Positions 30,999 through 39,775 of a stretch of DNA of 64,000 bases are shown here, one piece after another; position 1 is the stretch's first letter; each line of letters starts with the position of its first letter. The notes beneath the pieces were generated by a model. It made no database searches. It was not told the origin of the DNA and saw only the letters and a list, made by a program, of their open reading frames with translations. Position numbers and translations under genes: made by a program. Origin of the DNA: an uncultured Armatimonadia bacterium (GTDB lineage: Bacteria; Armatimonadota; Zipacnadia; CAVVLO01); assembly GCA_963749155.1 (NCBI GenBank), contig CAVVLO010000002.1:1555708-1619707 (forward strand), read 5' to 3'.

Positions 30999-32714
30999 GT
31001 GCTGGCCCATCTCAGCATCAGAGAATTCGCGGTGCTGAAACGCCTCGACCTGGACTTCGGGCCGGGCCTTAATGTGCTGACAGGCGAGACGGGCGCGGGC
31101 AAGTCCATCACGCTGGACGCCCTTCAGGCCGCCCTGGGCGAACGACTCAGCACGGATGTGCTGGCCGCCGCGGCCGATAAAGCCCTGGTGGAGGCCGCCT
31201 TCGACCTCGGCAATAACAACCGACTGGTTGAAGCCATCGCCGAACTCGGTTTCGAACCTGAAGACGGCCTGCTGATCCTCTCCCGCGAGATAGCCCCCGG
31301 CCAGACCCGGTGCCGTGTAAACGGACGTATGGTGACCCTTTCAGCCCTGCAAGAACTGGGCACGTTGCTGGTGGACTTCCATGGTCAGCACGAGCATCAG
31401 TCGCTGCTGAAGCCGGCAAGCCATCGTCGCTATCTCGATTTGCTGCTTTCCCCCGAGGCGCTTGAATTGCGCGAGCAATACAGCGAGGCCTGGGCGCGGC
31501 TTCAGGCGCTTGGGGAGGAAGTCGAAAGCCTCCAGACCAGCAGTCGCGAGCGCGCTCAACGGCTGGATACACTGGGATTTCAAGTCAAAGAAATCCGCGA
31601 CGCCAATCTGAAGCCGGGCGAAATAGAAGAGCTGAACGCCAGGAAAAGCAAAGCGCGGCATTTTGAGAAACTGCGCGAAACCGCTGCCCTGGCCTGGAGC
31701 TTGCTCGAGGGAGATGAAGAAGCCGGACAGGCCTTGCCCAAAATCGAACAGGCCGCTCAGGAGCTACTAAAAGCTGCCGAATGGGATGAGACACTTGGCC
31801 CGCTGGCCGAACTAGTTGCAAATTCTGCGATGCAGCTTCAAGAGGCAACTTCGACAGTCAGCCTGTATCTTGAAGAGCTTGAATTCGATCCCAAGGAACT
31901 AGACAGGCTGGAAGCGCGGTTGGCCTTTCTGGAATTGCTTCAACGCAAGTATGGCGACACAATCGAGGCAATCCTCGAGTATGCGGCTCGCGCCGAGGCA
32001 GAGCTTGCAAAACTCGAGACCAGTGATGAACGGTTAGCCGAACTCGCCGCCGAGTTGGCCAGAGCCGAGAGCGAGACTTTTATTCTGGGCGAGAAGCTGG
32101 CAAGCCACTACCACGAGGTGGGCGACCAGCTTTCGGCAGCGGTGGAAGAGCGACTGGCCAGGCTCAATATGAAAGGCGCGCGGTTTGCGGCAGGCTTTAC
32201 TCCGGCGCGAAGTGGCTTGCTGGTGCAGGGGCCTGCTGGCCCAGTGCGACTTGCCAGAAAGGGGCTGGAAGAGGTCGAGTTCACCCTGGCTACCGATGGC
32301 AGTGGCAGCTTGAAACCGCTAACGCAGATAGCAAGTGGCGGCGAGATGTCTCGCGTGATGCTCGCAATAAAGGCTTCCTCCGCCGGTGGCGAAGTGCCCG
32401 TAATGGTGTTTGATGAGATAGACTCAGGGGTGGGGGGCGAAACCGCCCACCGAGTCGCCGACCAGCTTGAGGAACTGGCTCACAGGCGCCAGTTACTCGT
32501 CGTGACCCACCTGGCCCAGCTCGCTGCGAGGGCTGACAGGCATCTGGTGGTAGAAAAAGAAGCAGGACTTTTTGACCAGCCGGTAGTCGCCAGGCCGGTG
32601 GCCGATGAGGCGCGCGTCGAGGAAGTCGCCCGGATGCTCTCCGGCTCGCCCGAGAGCGACTCGGCACTGGCCCACGCTGCAGAATTGCTGAAGGCCAAAG
32701 GCGCTGCACGATGA
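30999..32714 (+). CDS. recN: DNA repair protein RecN
   Basis: TGETGAGKS, HGQHEHQ, ASGGEMSR, FDEIDSG, VTHLAQLA. Confidence 0.97.
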   Translation: MLAHLSIREFAVLKRLDLDFGPGLNVLTGETGAGKSITLDALQAALGERLSTDVLAAAADKALVEAAFDLGNNNRLVEAIAELGFEPEDGLLILSREIAPGQTRCRVNGRMVTLSALQELGTLLVDFHGQHEHQSLLKPASHRRYLDLLLSPEALELREQYSEAWARLQALGEEVESLQTSSRERAQRLDTLGFQVKEIRDANLKPGEIEELNARKSKARHFEKLRETAALAWSLLEGDEEAGQALPKIEQAAQELLKAAEWDETLGPLAELVANSAMQLQEATSTVSLYLEELEFDPKELDRLEARLAFLELLQRKYGDTIEAILEYAARAEAELAKLETSDERLAELAAELARAESETFILGEKLASHYHEVGDQLSAAVEERLARLNMKGARFAAGFTPARSGLLVQGPAGPVRLARKGLEEVEFTLATDGSGSLKPLTQIASGGEMSRVMLAIKASSAGGEVPVMVFDEIDSGVGGETAHRVADQLEELAHRRQLLVVTHLAQLAARADRHLVVEKEAGLFDQPVVARPVADEARVEEVARMLSGSPESDSALAHAAELLKAKGAAR

Positions 32715-33388
32715 TTCAACCGCTGATGACGGCGCCCCAGGTGCTGCTGGCTGGCAGTTTCGGCAGTGGCAAGACGGAAGTGGCGCTGAACCTGGCTTGC
32801 TGGCGGGCAGAACAAGGCGACCACGTGCGCCTGGTGGACCTGGATGTGGTGACACCAGCTTTTCGCGCGCGCGATCTCCTAGACGAACTGGCAAGTCGGG
32901 GAGTGGAGGTTATCTCTCCCCAGGGGGAGGTGGCGGTAAGCGACCTGCCCGCTCTCGACAGGCGGGTCGAAGCCGTGTTGACTGAGGCCCAGCCAGGGTT
33001 GATAATGGACGTCGGCGGCGATCCGGTGGGCTTGAAGGTGCTCGGAAGGCTGCGCCGGCTGCTGGCTCCCGCGCTGGTTTGCCTCGTGGTGAACCCTTAT
33101 CGTCAGACCTTCTCGCGAAAGCGGATCGAAGCTTTGATAGCGCAGCTTTACGAGGGGACGGGCCTCGCGCCAGCCGGGCTGGTGGCCAACCCCAACCTGG
33201 GCGCCGCTACGAAGGCAGAAGACGTGCTGGGAGCGCTGCCGGCGGTCTTCGAGCTGGCCGAAGCGCTTGCTCTACCTGTTTTTGCCGTGACTTACTGGCG
33301 ACATCTGGACCTGCCGCAGCCTGCTGGCGGTCCACCTTTTTTGCCGCTAGAGCGTTTCCTGAGTTTGCCCTGGGAAGCGGACGACTGA
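32711..33388 (+). CDS. P-loop NTPase of unknown function (MinD/ParA-like)
   Basis: GSFGSGKTEVALN, DLDVV, DVGGD. Confidence 0.8.
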   Translation: MIQPLMTAPQVLLAGSFGSGKTEVALNLACWRAEQGDHVRLVDLDVVTPAFRARDLLDELASRGVEVISPQGEVAVSDLPALDRRVEAVLTEAQPGLIMDVGGDPVGLKVLGRLRRLLAPALVCLVVNPYRQTFSRKRIEALIAQLYEGTGLAPAGLVANPNLGAATKAEDVLGALPAVFELAEALALPVFAVTYWRHLDLPQPAGGPPFLPLERFLSLPWEADD

Positions 33389-33416
33389 GCCGGTCTAACC
33401 GGCTGGAGGCCAGGTT

Positions 33417-33635
33417 ATGCCTTTTGTGAAAGTAAAGGAAGAGCGCTGCAAAGGCTGCGGCCTGTGCGTGCACTTCTGTCCCAAAGGGGTGCTTGAGCTG
33501 TCGCGCGAGATCAACCGCGAGGGCTATCATCCTGTAGTGTTCGCCAGGCCCGAGGACTGCACCGGTTGCACTTTCTGCGCCCTTGTGTGCCCCGACTGCG
33601 CGCTCGAGATATTCCGCGAAGCGAAAGCGCGCTGA
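33417..33635 (+). CDS. 2x[4Fe-4S] ferredoxin, oxidoreductase delta subunit
   Basis: CKGCGLCVHFCP and CTGCTFCALVCP. Confidence 0.93.
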   Translation: MPFVKVKEERCKGCGLCVHFCPKGVLELSREINREGYHPVVFARPEDCTGCTFCALVCPDCALEIFREAKAR

Positions 33636-33648
33636 GAGAGGAAGCCTT

Positions 33649-34719
33649 ATGGCAAAGAAACTGATGAAAGGCAATGAAGCGGTCTGCGAAGGCGCAATCG
33701 CCGCTGGAGGCATCTACTTCTTCGGCTACCCGATTACTCCGCAGAACGAGATACCCGAATATATGAGCTGGCGACTGCCCGAGGTGGGGGGCGTTTTCCT
33801 TCAGGCCGAAAGCGAAGTAGCCTCTATCAATATGCTCTATGGCGCGGCCTCGACGGGCAAGCGCGTAATCACCACCAGCTCAAGCCCAGGCATAAGTCTG
33901 ATGCAGGAGGGCATCTCCTACATCGCGACCGCGGAGCTGCCCTGCGTAATTGTGAACGTCCAGCGCGGGGGGCCGGGCCTTGGCAATATCGCCCCTGCCC
34001 AGTCGGATTATTTCCAGACCACGCGCGGTGGGGGTCACGGCGATTATCGCACTCCTGCGCTCGCGCCCTGGAGCGTCCACGAGATGTTCACTTTCACCGC
34101 CCGGGCCTTCGACATCGCCGACCTCTACCGTACCCCGACACTGGTGCTAAGTGATGGCACCCTCGGCCAGATGATGGAACCTGTTGATTTATCGGATGTG
34201 CCAGAGCCTGTCCACGTCGAAAAGCCCTGGGCGACGACGGGTACTGAAGGCAAGCGCCCGCGTAATGTAATCAACTCGCTGTGGATAGTCCCCGAGGTAA
34301 TGGAAGAGGTCAACTTGCGGCTTCAGGCGCGTTATCGCCAGGCCGCTCTGGACCTGGCCGGCGAGTGGGAAGGCTACTTCCTGGACGATGCCGAACTTGT
34401 TGTCGTGGCCTACGGAGTCGCGGCGCGCAATGCCTATACCGCGGTGAAGCAGGCGCGAGAGGCAGGCGTGAAGGCGGGGCTTTTCCGACCGAAATTCGTT
34501 TATCCCTATCCTTACGAGGCGCTTCGGTTTTACCTGGAACGCGCCAAAGCGGCTCTGGCGGTCGAGATGAGCCTGGGTCAGATGGTCGAGGACGTGCGCC
34601 TGGCCTCCGAAGGGCGCTGTCCGGTCTTCTTCTGGGGCAGAACAGCGGGCATCCCGCTCGCGCCAGAGGACATCCAGGACGCTATGAAAGCGGCGCTGGA
34701 AGGCAGGCAGGTGGTTTAG
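33649..34719 (+). CDS. vorB: 2-oxoacid:ferredoxin oxidoreductase alpha subunit (VorB-like)
   Basis: KGNEA, GYPITPQ, QAESE, SSSPGISLMQEG, RGGPGLG. Confidence 0.88.
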   Translation: MAKKLMKGNEAVCEGAIAAGGIYFFGYPITPQNEIPEYMSWRLPEVGGVFLQAESEVASINMLYGAASTGKRVITTSSSPGISLMQEGISYIATAELPCVIVNVQRGGPGLGNIAPAQSDYFQTTRGGGHGDYRTPALAPWSVHEMFTFTARAFDIADLYRTPTLVLSDGTLGQMMEPVDLSDVPEPVHVEKPWATTGTEGKRPRNVINSLWIVPEVMEEVNLRLQARYRQAALDLAGEWEGYFLDDAELVVVAYGVAARNAYTAVKQAREAGVKAGLFRPKFVYPYPYEALRFYLERAKAALAVEMSLGQMVEDVRLASEGRCPVFFWGRTAGIPLAPEDIQDAMKAALEGRQVV

Positions 34720-35490
34720 ATGAGTCAAGAGACTGGCGAGCTGAAGCAAGTCTTCGGCAGGCCGCATTCTTTATCAGATGTGCGTATGCATTATTGTCCT
34801 GGCTGCACCCACGGAGTTGGGCACAGGCTGGTCGCCGAGGCGATGGACGAACTTGGCATCGAGGGGAAAGCTATTGGTGTGTGCCCAGTAGGGTGCGCGG
34901 TGTTCGGCTATGAATACTGGGAATGCGATATGCTCGAGGCTGCTCACGGGCGCGCTCCGGCGGTCGCGACAGGTCTCAAGCGGGTGTTGCCCGACCGCAT
35001 CGTCTGGACCTACCAGGGCGATGGCGATATGGCCAGTATCGGTATGGGCGAGCTTGTCCACGCGGCGGCGCGCGGCGAGAATATCTGCATCTTCTTCATC
35101 AACAACGGGGTCTATGGGATGACCCAGGGCCAGATGGCGCCGACGACTCTGCTTGGACAGAAGACCAGCACCTCGCCGGCCGGGCGCACGGTGGAGACCA
35201 ACGGCTTCCCAATCGATATTTGCAAGCTGCTCAACGCCCTGGATGGGCCTGGTTATCTGGCGCGAGTGGCGCTTTCCAGTCCCAAGACCATCCTGCAGGC
35301 CAAAAAAGCCGTCAAAAAGGCCTTCCAGTGTCAGATGCAGGGCAAGGGCTTTGCGCTGGTCGAGATGCTTTCGACCTGCTCAACCTACTGGGGGCTCGAT
35401 CCTGTGAAGTCGATGGAGCGAATCGACGAGGAGCTAGTGCCGAAGTTCCCACTTGGAGAGTATCGCACTTTCGAAGGCGAGGCCAAATGA
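34720..35490 (+). CDS. 2-oxoacid:ferredoxin oxidoreductase beta (TPP-binding) subunit
   Basis: HYCPGC, HGRAPA, QGDGD, NNGVYGMT. Confidence 0.92.
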   Translation: MSQETGELKQVFGRPHSLSDVRMHYCPGCTHGVGHRLVAEAMDELGIEGKAIGVCPVGCAVFGYEYWECDMLEAAHGRAPAVATGLKRVLPDRIVWTYQGDGDMASIGMGELVHAAARGENICIFFINNGVYGMTQGQMAPTTLLGQKTSTSPAGRTVETNGFPIDICKLLNALDGPGYLARVALSSPKTILQAKKAVKKAFQCQMQGKGFALVEMLSTCSTYWGLDPVKSMERIDEELVPKFPLGEYRTFEGEAK

Positions 35491-36041
35491 GCGTTGTAGC
35501 TGAAGAAAGCCTCCTCATCGCGGGTTTTGGCGGTCAGGGAATTTTACTGGCGGGTCGCATCCTGGCCGAAGCAGCGCTCGTGGCTGGCAAAGAGGTTGTC
35601 TGGGTGCCCGCTTATGGGCCTGAGGTGCGCGGAGGCACGGCCAACTGCATCGTGAAGGTCGCCGAAGGCCAAATTGGCTCTGTCACTGTCAACGAGCCGG
35701 ATGTGCTGCTGGTGCTCAACCGGCCTTCCTTCCTCAAATACGAGCCTCTTGTGAAACCAGGGGGGTTGCTGCTAGTCAACAGCAGTCTGGTGCCTGATAA
35801 ATCCACTCGCACCGACATCACTATTATTGAAGTTGACGCCTCTCTTGTGGCGGAAGAACTGGGCACGGTGAAGGCTGCCAATATGGTAATGGTAGGGGCC
35901 CTTGCCGCCTGCAGAGACTGGTTGCAACTTGACCTGCTTGAAGAGACTCTAAAAACCGTGCTGTCCGGAAAGCTTGTAAAGCTCATACCACTAAACCTGG
36001 CGGCAATCCAGAAGGGTTACGCCCTCGCCGGCGGCAGGTAG
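35487..36041 (+). CDS. 2-oxoacid:ferredoxin oxidoreductase gamma subunit
   Basis: AGFGGQG, YGPEVRGG, ANMVMVGA. Confidence 0.92.
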   Translation: MSVVAEESLLIAGFGGQGILLAGRILAEAALVAGKEVVWVPAYGPEVRGGTANCIVKVAEGQIGSVTVNEPDVLLVLNRPSFLKYEPLVKPGGLLLVNSSLVPDKSTRTDITIIEVDASLVAEELGTVKAANMVMVGALAACRDWLQLDLLEETLKTVLSGKLVKLIPLNLAAIQKGYALAGGR

Positions 36042-36114
36042 CCTCGGCTCCTTCCAGGGCCTCACTTCGGTGAGGCCAGGCATAGGGCAGGCCCTGAAGC
36101 TGGGAAGCAGGAGA

Positions 36115-39100
36115 ATGGGAAGCACCACCACTGGTATGCATCGGTTCGGGCTAGTCGTTTACGTGATGTTGGGCCTTATTATGGCCTGCGTCGCGTGGCC
36201 TGACGCCAGCTACAATTTCGTGAAACACTTCAGCGAGGCCACGATTGTCGAGGGTCAGCAGATCCAGGCGCAACAGGCCTTCGCTGGCGGGATTGGCAAG
36301 CCGGCGCTCCTGCAAATCCCAAACGAGGGTGGCAGGGCCGAGTTGCGCTACAGCCTTACGCTGCCGACAGTTGCCGAAGGCGGCTTCCTCCTTCTGCATT
36401 TCTACTACTCCCTGGCTGACACCGCTTTGATGGTTCCCCCTGCCGATGGGGGCGAGTTGGAACTGCGCCTGGGCAAGGTCCCGGTTTTTCACCAGAAGGT
36501 CACCGAGCAGCGCTGGCGCGAAGCCGCCGTTGATGTGACTCGGCTGGGTGGCCAGACCGTCGTCTTCGATTTTATCGCCCTGCCAGGCGCCAATGCGGAA
36601 TCCGACCACCTGGTATGGGGCCAGCCGCGTATCTACCAGCTTGATGGCCCGCCAATGCCTGTCGAACTGCTTGCCCAGGGCGCCAGTCTGCGCGCCGATG
36701 GCGGTATGACCTATACGCCTCCGGGTGAGAGTGACGACTGGACGGCCAAGCTCAGTTGCCCAGTCAATCAGCCAGGCTCTTTGCATCTGGATTTGGGGCC
36801 TGGGGCCAGTTTCTCGGCGGGGTACCTGGTAGCCGAATACTCGGTCAACCTCGAGATGGCCAACCTGGGCGATGTGCCCGCAATTGAGGCGGCGGCACTG
36901 GACGCTTCGGGAGCGCCTCTTGCCACAGCAAGGGGGGCTTCTTCTCCCCTGCAAGGAGGAGCCGCGGGCGATAAACTGGTGGCACTGGTGCCCTTCAACT
37001 TTGGCGGCGTACCTTTCGAGAAGCTAAGTCTGGGTTTCATCTGCGAGGCCCTGGAAGCCCCCGCGACGGCGACCCCTGGCCGTACCATAACCCTGCGCCG
37101 GATCAGCCTGTTCAAAGCTCAGCCAGAGCTTGCGGTAAAAGTGCTGGGCGTTAGTCCCGCCGTTGCGCTTGCGGGTGAGCCGGTGCGCTTCACCTGTGTA
37201 ATTGAAAACGAGGGCACCGGCAACCTCGACAGGGGCCAGGTGCTGACGGCAAGTCTCAAACTGCCCGATGCGCTTGCTGCCGCGACGGCGGCTCCGGTTA
37301 CGGCGACCGATCTGCTTTCGGGCACAACGCGGAAGCTGACCTGGGAACTCGCTCTGCCTGAGGGCCTCCTTGCAAACGACTATCCGGTCGGCGTTTCGGT
37401 TATGCGCGGGGATGCCGAAGTTGCGCGCGGCGCCGCCACTTTGCGCGTATTCCAGGCGGCCGCCTGGCCGGAGCCGGTCGCCGAGGACCAGCCGCCCCAG
37501 TTTGTGGCGGACGGCGATTTGCCAGCGACCCTCGCTAATGACAAGCTGGCTATCAGTTTCGTTCGGGGCAAGGAGGGGGCCAGTGGCGCTCTGCTGCTGG
37601 TGAATCAGAACGGTCGCTTCGAGTGTATGGGAAGCCTCTACCCGCTTGCCAAAGTCGGCTACAAGGATGGCGCGGGCAACCTGGCCTGGTTCAATCTGCC
37701 CATCACCAAAGTCGTGAAGAGCGTCCCCCAGGGCAAAGCTCTGACCTTGCTGTTATCAGGCGAGGCTACCGACTCCTTCGGCGCCACCTGGCATCTGAAA
37801 TACTCGCTGACTCTGGAGGCTGGCTCAGGCCAGGCAGGATTTGGGGTCAGCGCCAACTGTGACAAGCCAACTCAGCTTTTCGCTTTCTACGGTCCCAGCC
37901 TGCTTGCGGGCGATCGCAGTTTTGGAGAGGCCAAGCAGAGCGCGGTCTTCCCTGGACTCGAGTATCTGGTAGGGCAGGAGGAATCCTCTTCCACCTATGC
38001 AGTGGCCGCGCCAGCCAACGAGCGGGTCTCGCCCCATCCCTTCAAGATCACACTGCCGGTAATGTGGGTAACGGCGCAAGGGTTCAGTGTAGGGCTGGCC
38101 TGGGATCCGCACCTGGACTACATACCAGGGCGTAAATATCCACTGCCGATATTCGCCTCGCCCAACTTCGTAACAGGGCAGGAGAACCATCTGCTCTCGC
38201 TGTTCGCGCCCTCGCTGCCCGAGCGCAAGACCGAGAACAAACTTTGGGCGGACGAACCGCTGCCCTGGCCTACAGGGGCGACGATCCGCCTGGCGGGTAG
38301 CCTTTTCGCTCTGCCTGATCCCTCCGGGATGGAACCCGCGCGCGACTGGGTGGCGCGTCATATGCTGCCCCAGGCGCCGACAGGGGGGCTGTGCGGTCCT
38401 GACCTTATCAACGCCTGCGTCAACACTTTCGCCAAAGAATTATGGGATCCGACAAGTTCTGGCTGGAGACTGGCTGCCGCCTGGCCTCCGGAATATGACC
38501 CCGAACTCGCTGCGGCGCTGCTCGCTTACGGGCTGACCGCTGGCAAGCAAGAACTGGTCGATCAGTCACTTGCCGCGGCGCAGGCTGCCGGGGTGCCAGG
38601 TCTTCCGCTGGCGTTGCTCTTGGGAGTGGATCGCGCCAGTCTCGAAAGCGAACGCGATTATGTCTACGCCTTGATAAGCTCTCAGCGAGAAGACGGCGCC
38701 TGGCCCTTCAGCCCAGATGCGCGCTTGCAGGTCTTCGGCGCTTCGGGAGATACCGCGACAGGCCTCACCGCCACGGTAGCGCGCGAAGTGCTTCAGTATG
38801 CCTCGGTAAGTCTCGACTCGGACGCACTGACCTCCGGGCTGAAGGCCCTGGACTGGCTGTCTGGGCAAACCAGGCCGGAGGGTGGCCAAAGCTGGGAAAG
38901 CCCTCTTCATACCCCTGACTTGCTCGCTGCCGCCGACCTGGTGAAGGCCTTCCTGACCGGCTACCAGATTACAGGCGCGCCTGAATACCTGGAACAAGCC
39001 AAGCTCTGGGCGGCGCGCGGATTGCCTTTCCTCTATCTTTGGCAAGCGGATGAACGGCCCAGAATGGCCTACGCGACCGTGCCGATGTTCGGCGCGACCT

Positions 39101-39705
39101 GGCTGGATGTGCAGCCCTGGTTCGGGCTTTCTTCCCCCTGGGTCGGGATGCAGTATGCGGACAGCCTGACCGACCTGGCCCGGTTTGACAATGCCGGCCC
39201 CTGGCGCAAGCTGGCAGAGGGGCTTTGCGCCTTCGCCTCGGGCTTGCAGATCCCGGCTGGTGAGGAACGCGCCGGGCTGGTGCCTGACGCCTGGGATGTA
39301 GTGGAGGGCGGCAAGCCTTACCAGTTTGATTTGGCGCCCAAGACCTTGCTCAAGCTGGCAAGCAACCTGGCTGGCAGGCCGCTGGAGGCTGATACCCGCC
39401 TCGTCCAGATGGACAGTGGAAGGGTCTCCATCACTGTCACAGGCCTGGTGTTGTCCGCAGAGTGCCAAGCCGATGGTTGCGTTGCCTGGAAGGCGCGGCG
39501 CAGAGGCGACATCAAGGAGACTCACCTCGTGGCGGGGCTTCAACCTCCCACCAGTGTAAAGGTAGATGGCGTCGCCGCCCAGGCGGGGCCTGCTAACGAC
39601 TCTGCGCCCAGTTGGGAGTATCTCGAAGACTTCGGCTTGCTGATGGTCCACGTGCCCCGAGGTCGGGGCCCTGTGACCGTTGAGGTCCAGGCCAGCCTGC
39701 GCTAA
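36115..39705 (+). CDS. Large secreted multidomain protein (Ig-like plus probable helical barrel), paralogue A
   Basis: About 1200 aa; N-terminal hydrophobic segment; C-terminal half shares motifs with the next gene. Confidence 0.75.
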   Translation: MGSTTTGMHRFGLVVYVMLGLIMACVAWPDASYNFVKHFSEATIVEGQQIQAQQAFAGGIGKPALLQIPNEGGRAELRYSLTLPTVAEGGFLLLHFYYSLADTALMVPPADGGELELRLGKVPVFHQKVTEQRWREAAVDVTRLGGQTVVFDFIALPGANAESDHLVWGQPRIYQLDGPPMPVELLAQGASLRADGGMTYTPPGESDDWTAKLSCPVNQPGSLHLDLGPGASFSAGYLVAEYSVNLEMANLGDVPAIEAAALDASGAPLATARGASSPLQGGAAGDKLVALVPFNFGGVPFEKLSLGFICEALEAPATATPGRTITLRRISLFKAQPELAVKVLGVSPAVALAGEPVRFTCVIENEGTGNLDRGQVLTASLKLPDALAAATAAPVTATDLLSGTTRKLTWELALPEGLLANDYPVGVSVMRGDAEVARGAATLRVFQAAAWPEPVAEDQPPQFVADGDLPATLANDKLAISFVRGKEGASGALLLVNQNGRFECMGSLYPLAKVGYKDGAGNLAWFNLPITKVVKSVPQGKALTLLLSGEATDSFGATWHLKYSLTLEAGSGQAGFGVSANCDKPTQLFAFYGPSLLAGDRSFGEAKQSAVFPGLEYLVGQEESSSTYAVAAPANERVSPHPFKITLPVMWVTAQGFSVGLAWDPHLDYIPGRKYPLPIFASPNFVTGQENHLLSLFAPSLPERKTENKLWADEPLPWPTGATIRLAGSLFALPDPSGMEPARDWVARHMLPQAPTGGLCGPDLINACVNTFAKELWDPTSSGWRLAAAWPPEYDPELAAALLAYGLTAGKQELVDQSLAAAQAAGVPGLPLALLLGVDRASLESERDYVYALISSQREDGAWPFSPDARLQVFGASGDTATGLTATVAREVLQYASVSLDSDALTSGLKALDWLSGQTRPEGGQSWESPLHTPDLLAAADLVKAFLTGYQITGAPEYLEQAKLWAARGLPFLYLWQADERPRMAYATVPMFGATWLDVQPWFGLSSPWVGMQYADSLTDLARFDNAGPWRKLAEGLCAFASGLQIPAGEERAGLVPDAWDVVEGGKPYQFDLAPKTLLKLASNLAGRPLEADTRLVQMDSGRVSITVTGLVLSAECQADGCVAWKARRRGDIKETHLVAGLQPPTSVKVDGVAAQAGPANDSAPSWEYLEDFGLLMVHVPRGRGPVTVEVQASLR

Positions 39706-39714
39706 GCGATTTAC

Positions 39715-39750
39715 AGCGGTCCGAAGAGGGTTTCGGGCCGCTTTTGTTTT
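39715..39750 (+). terminator. Intrinsic terminator
   Basis: AGCGGTCCGAAG...TTTCGGGCCGCT followed by TTTGTTTT. Confidence 0.75.
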
Positions 39751-39775
39751 CCACTGATTTGGGGGGGACACCGCT

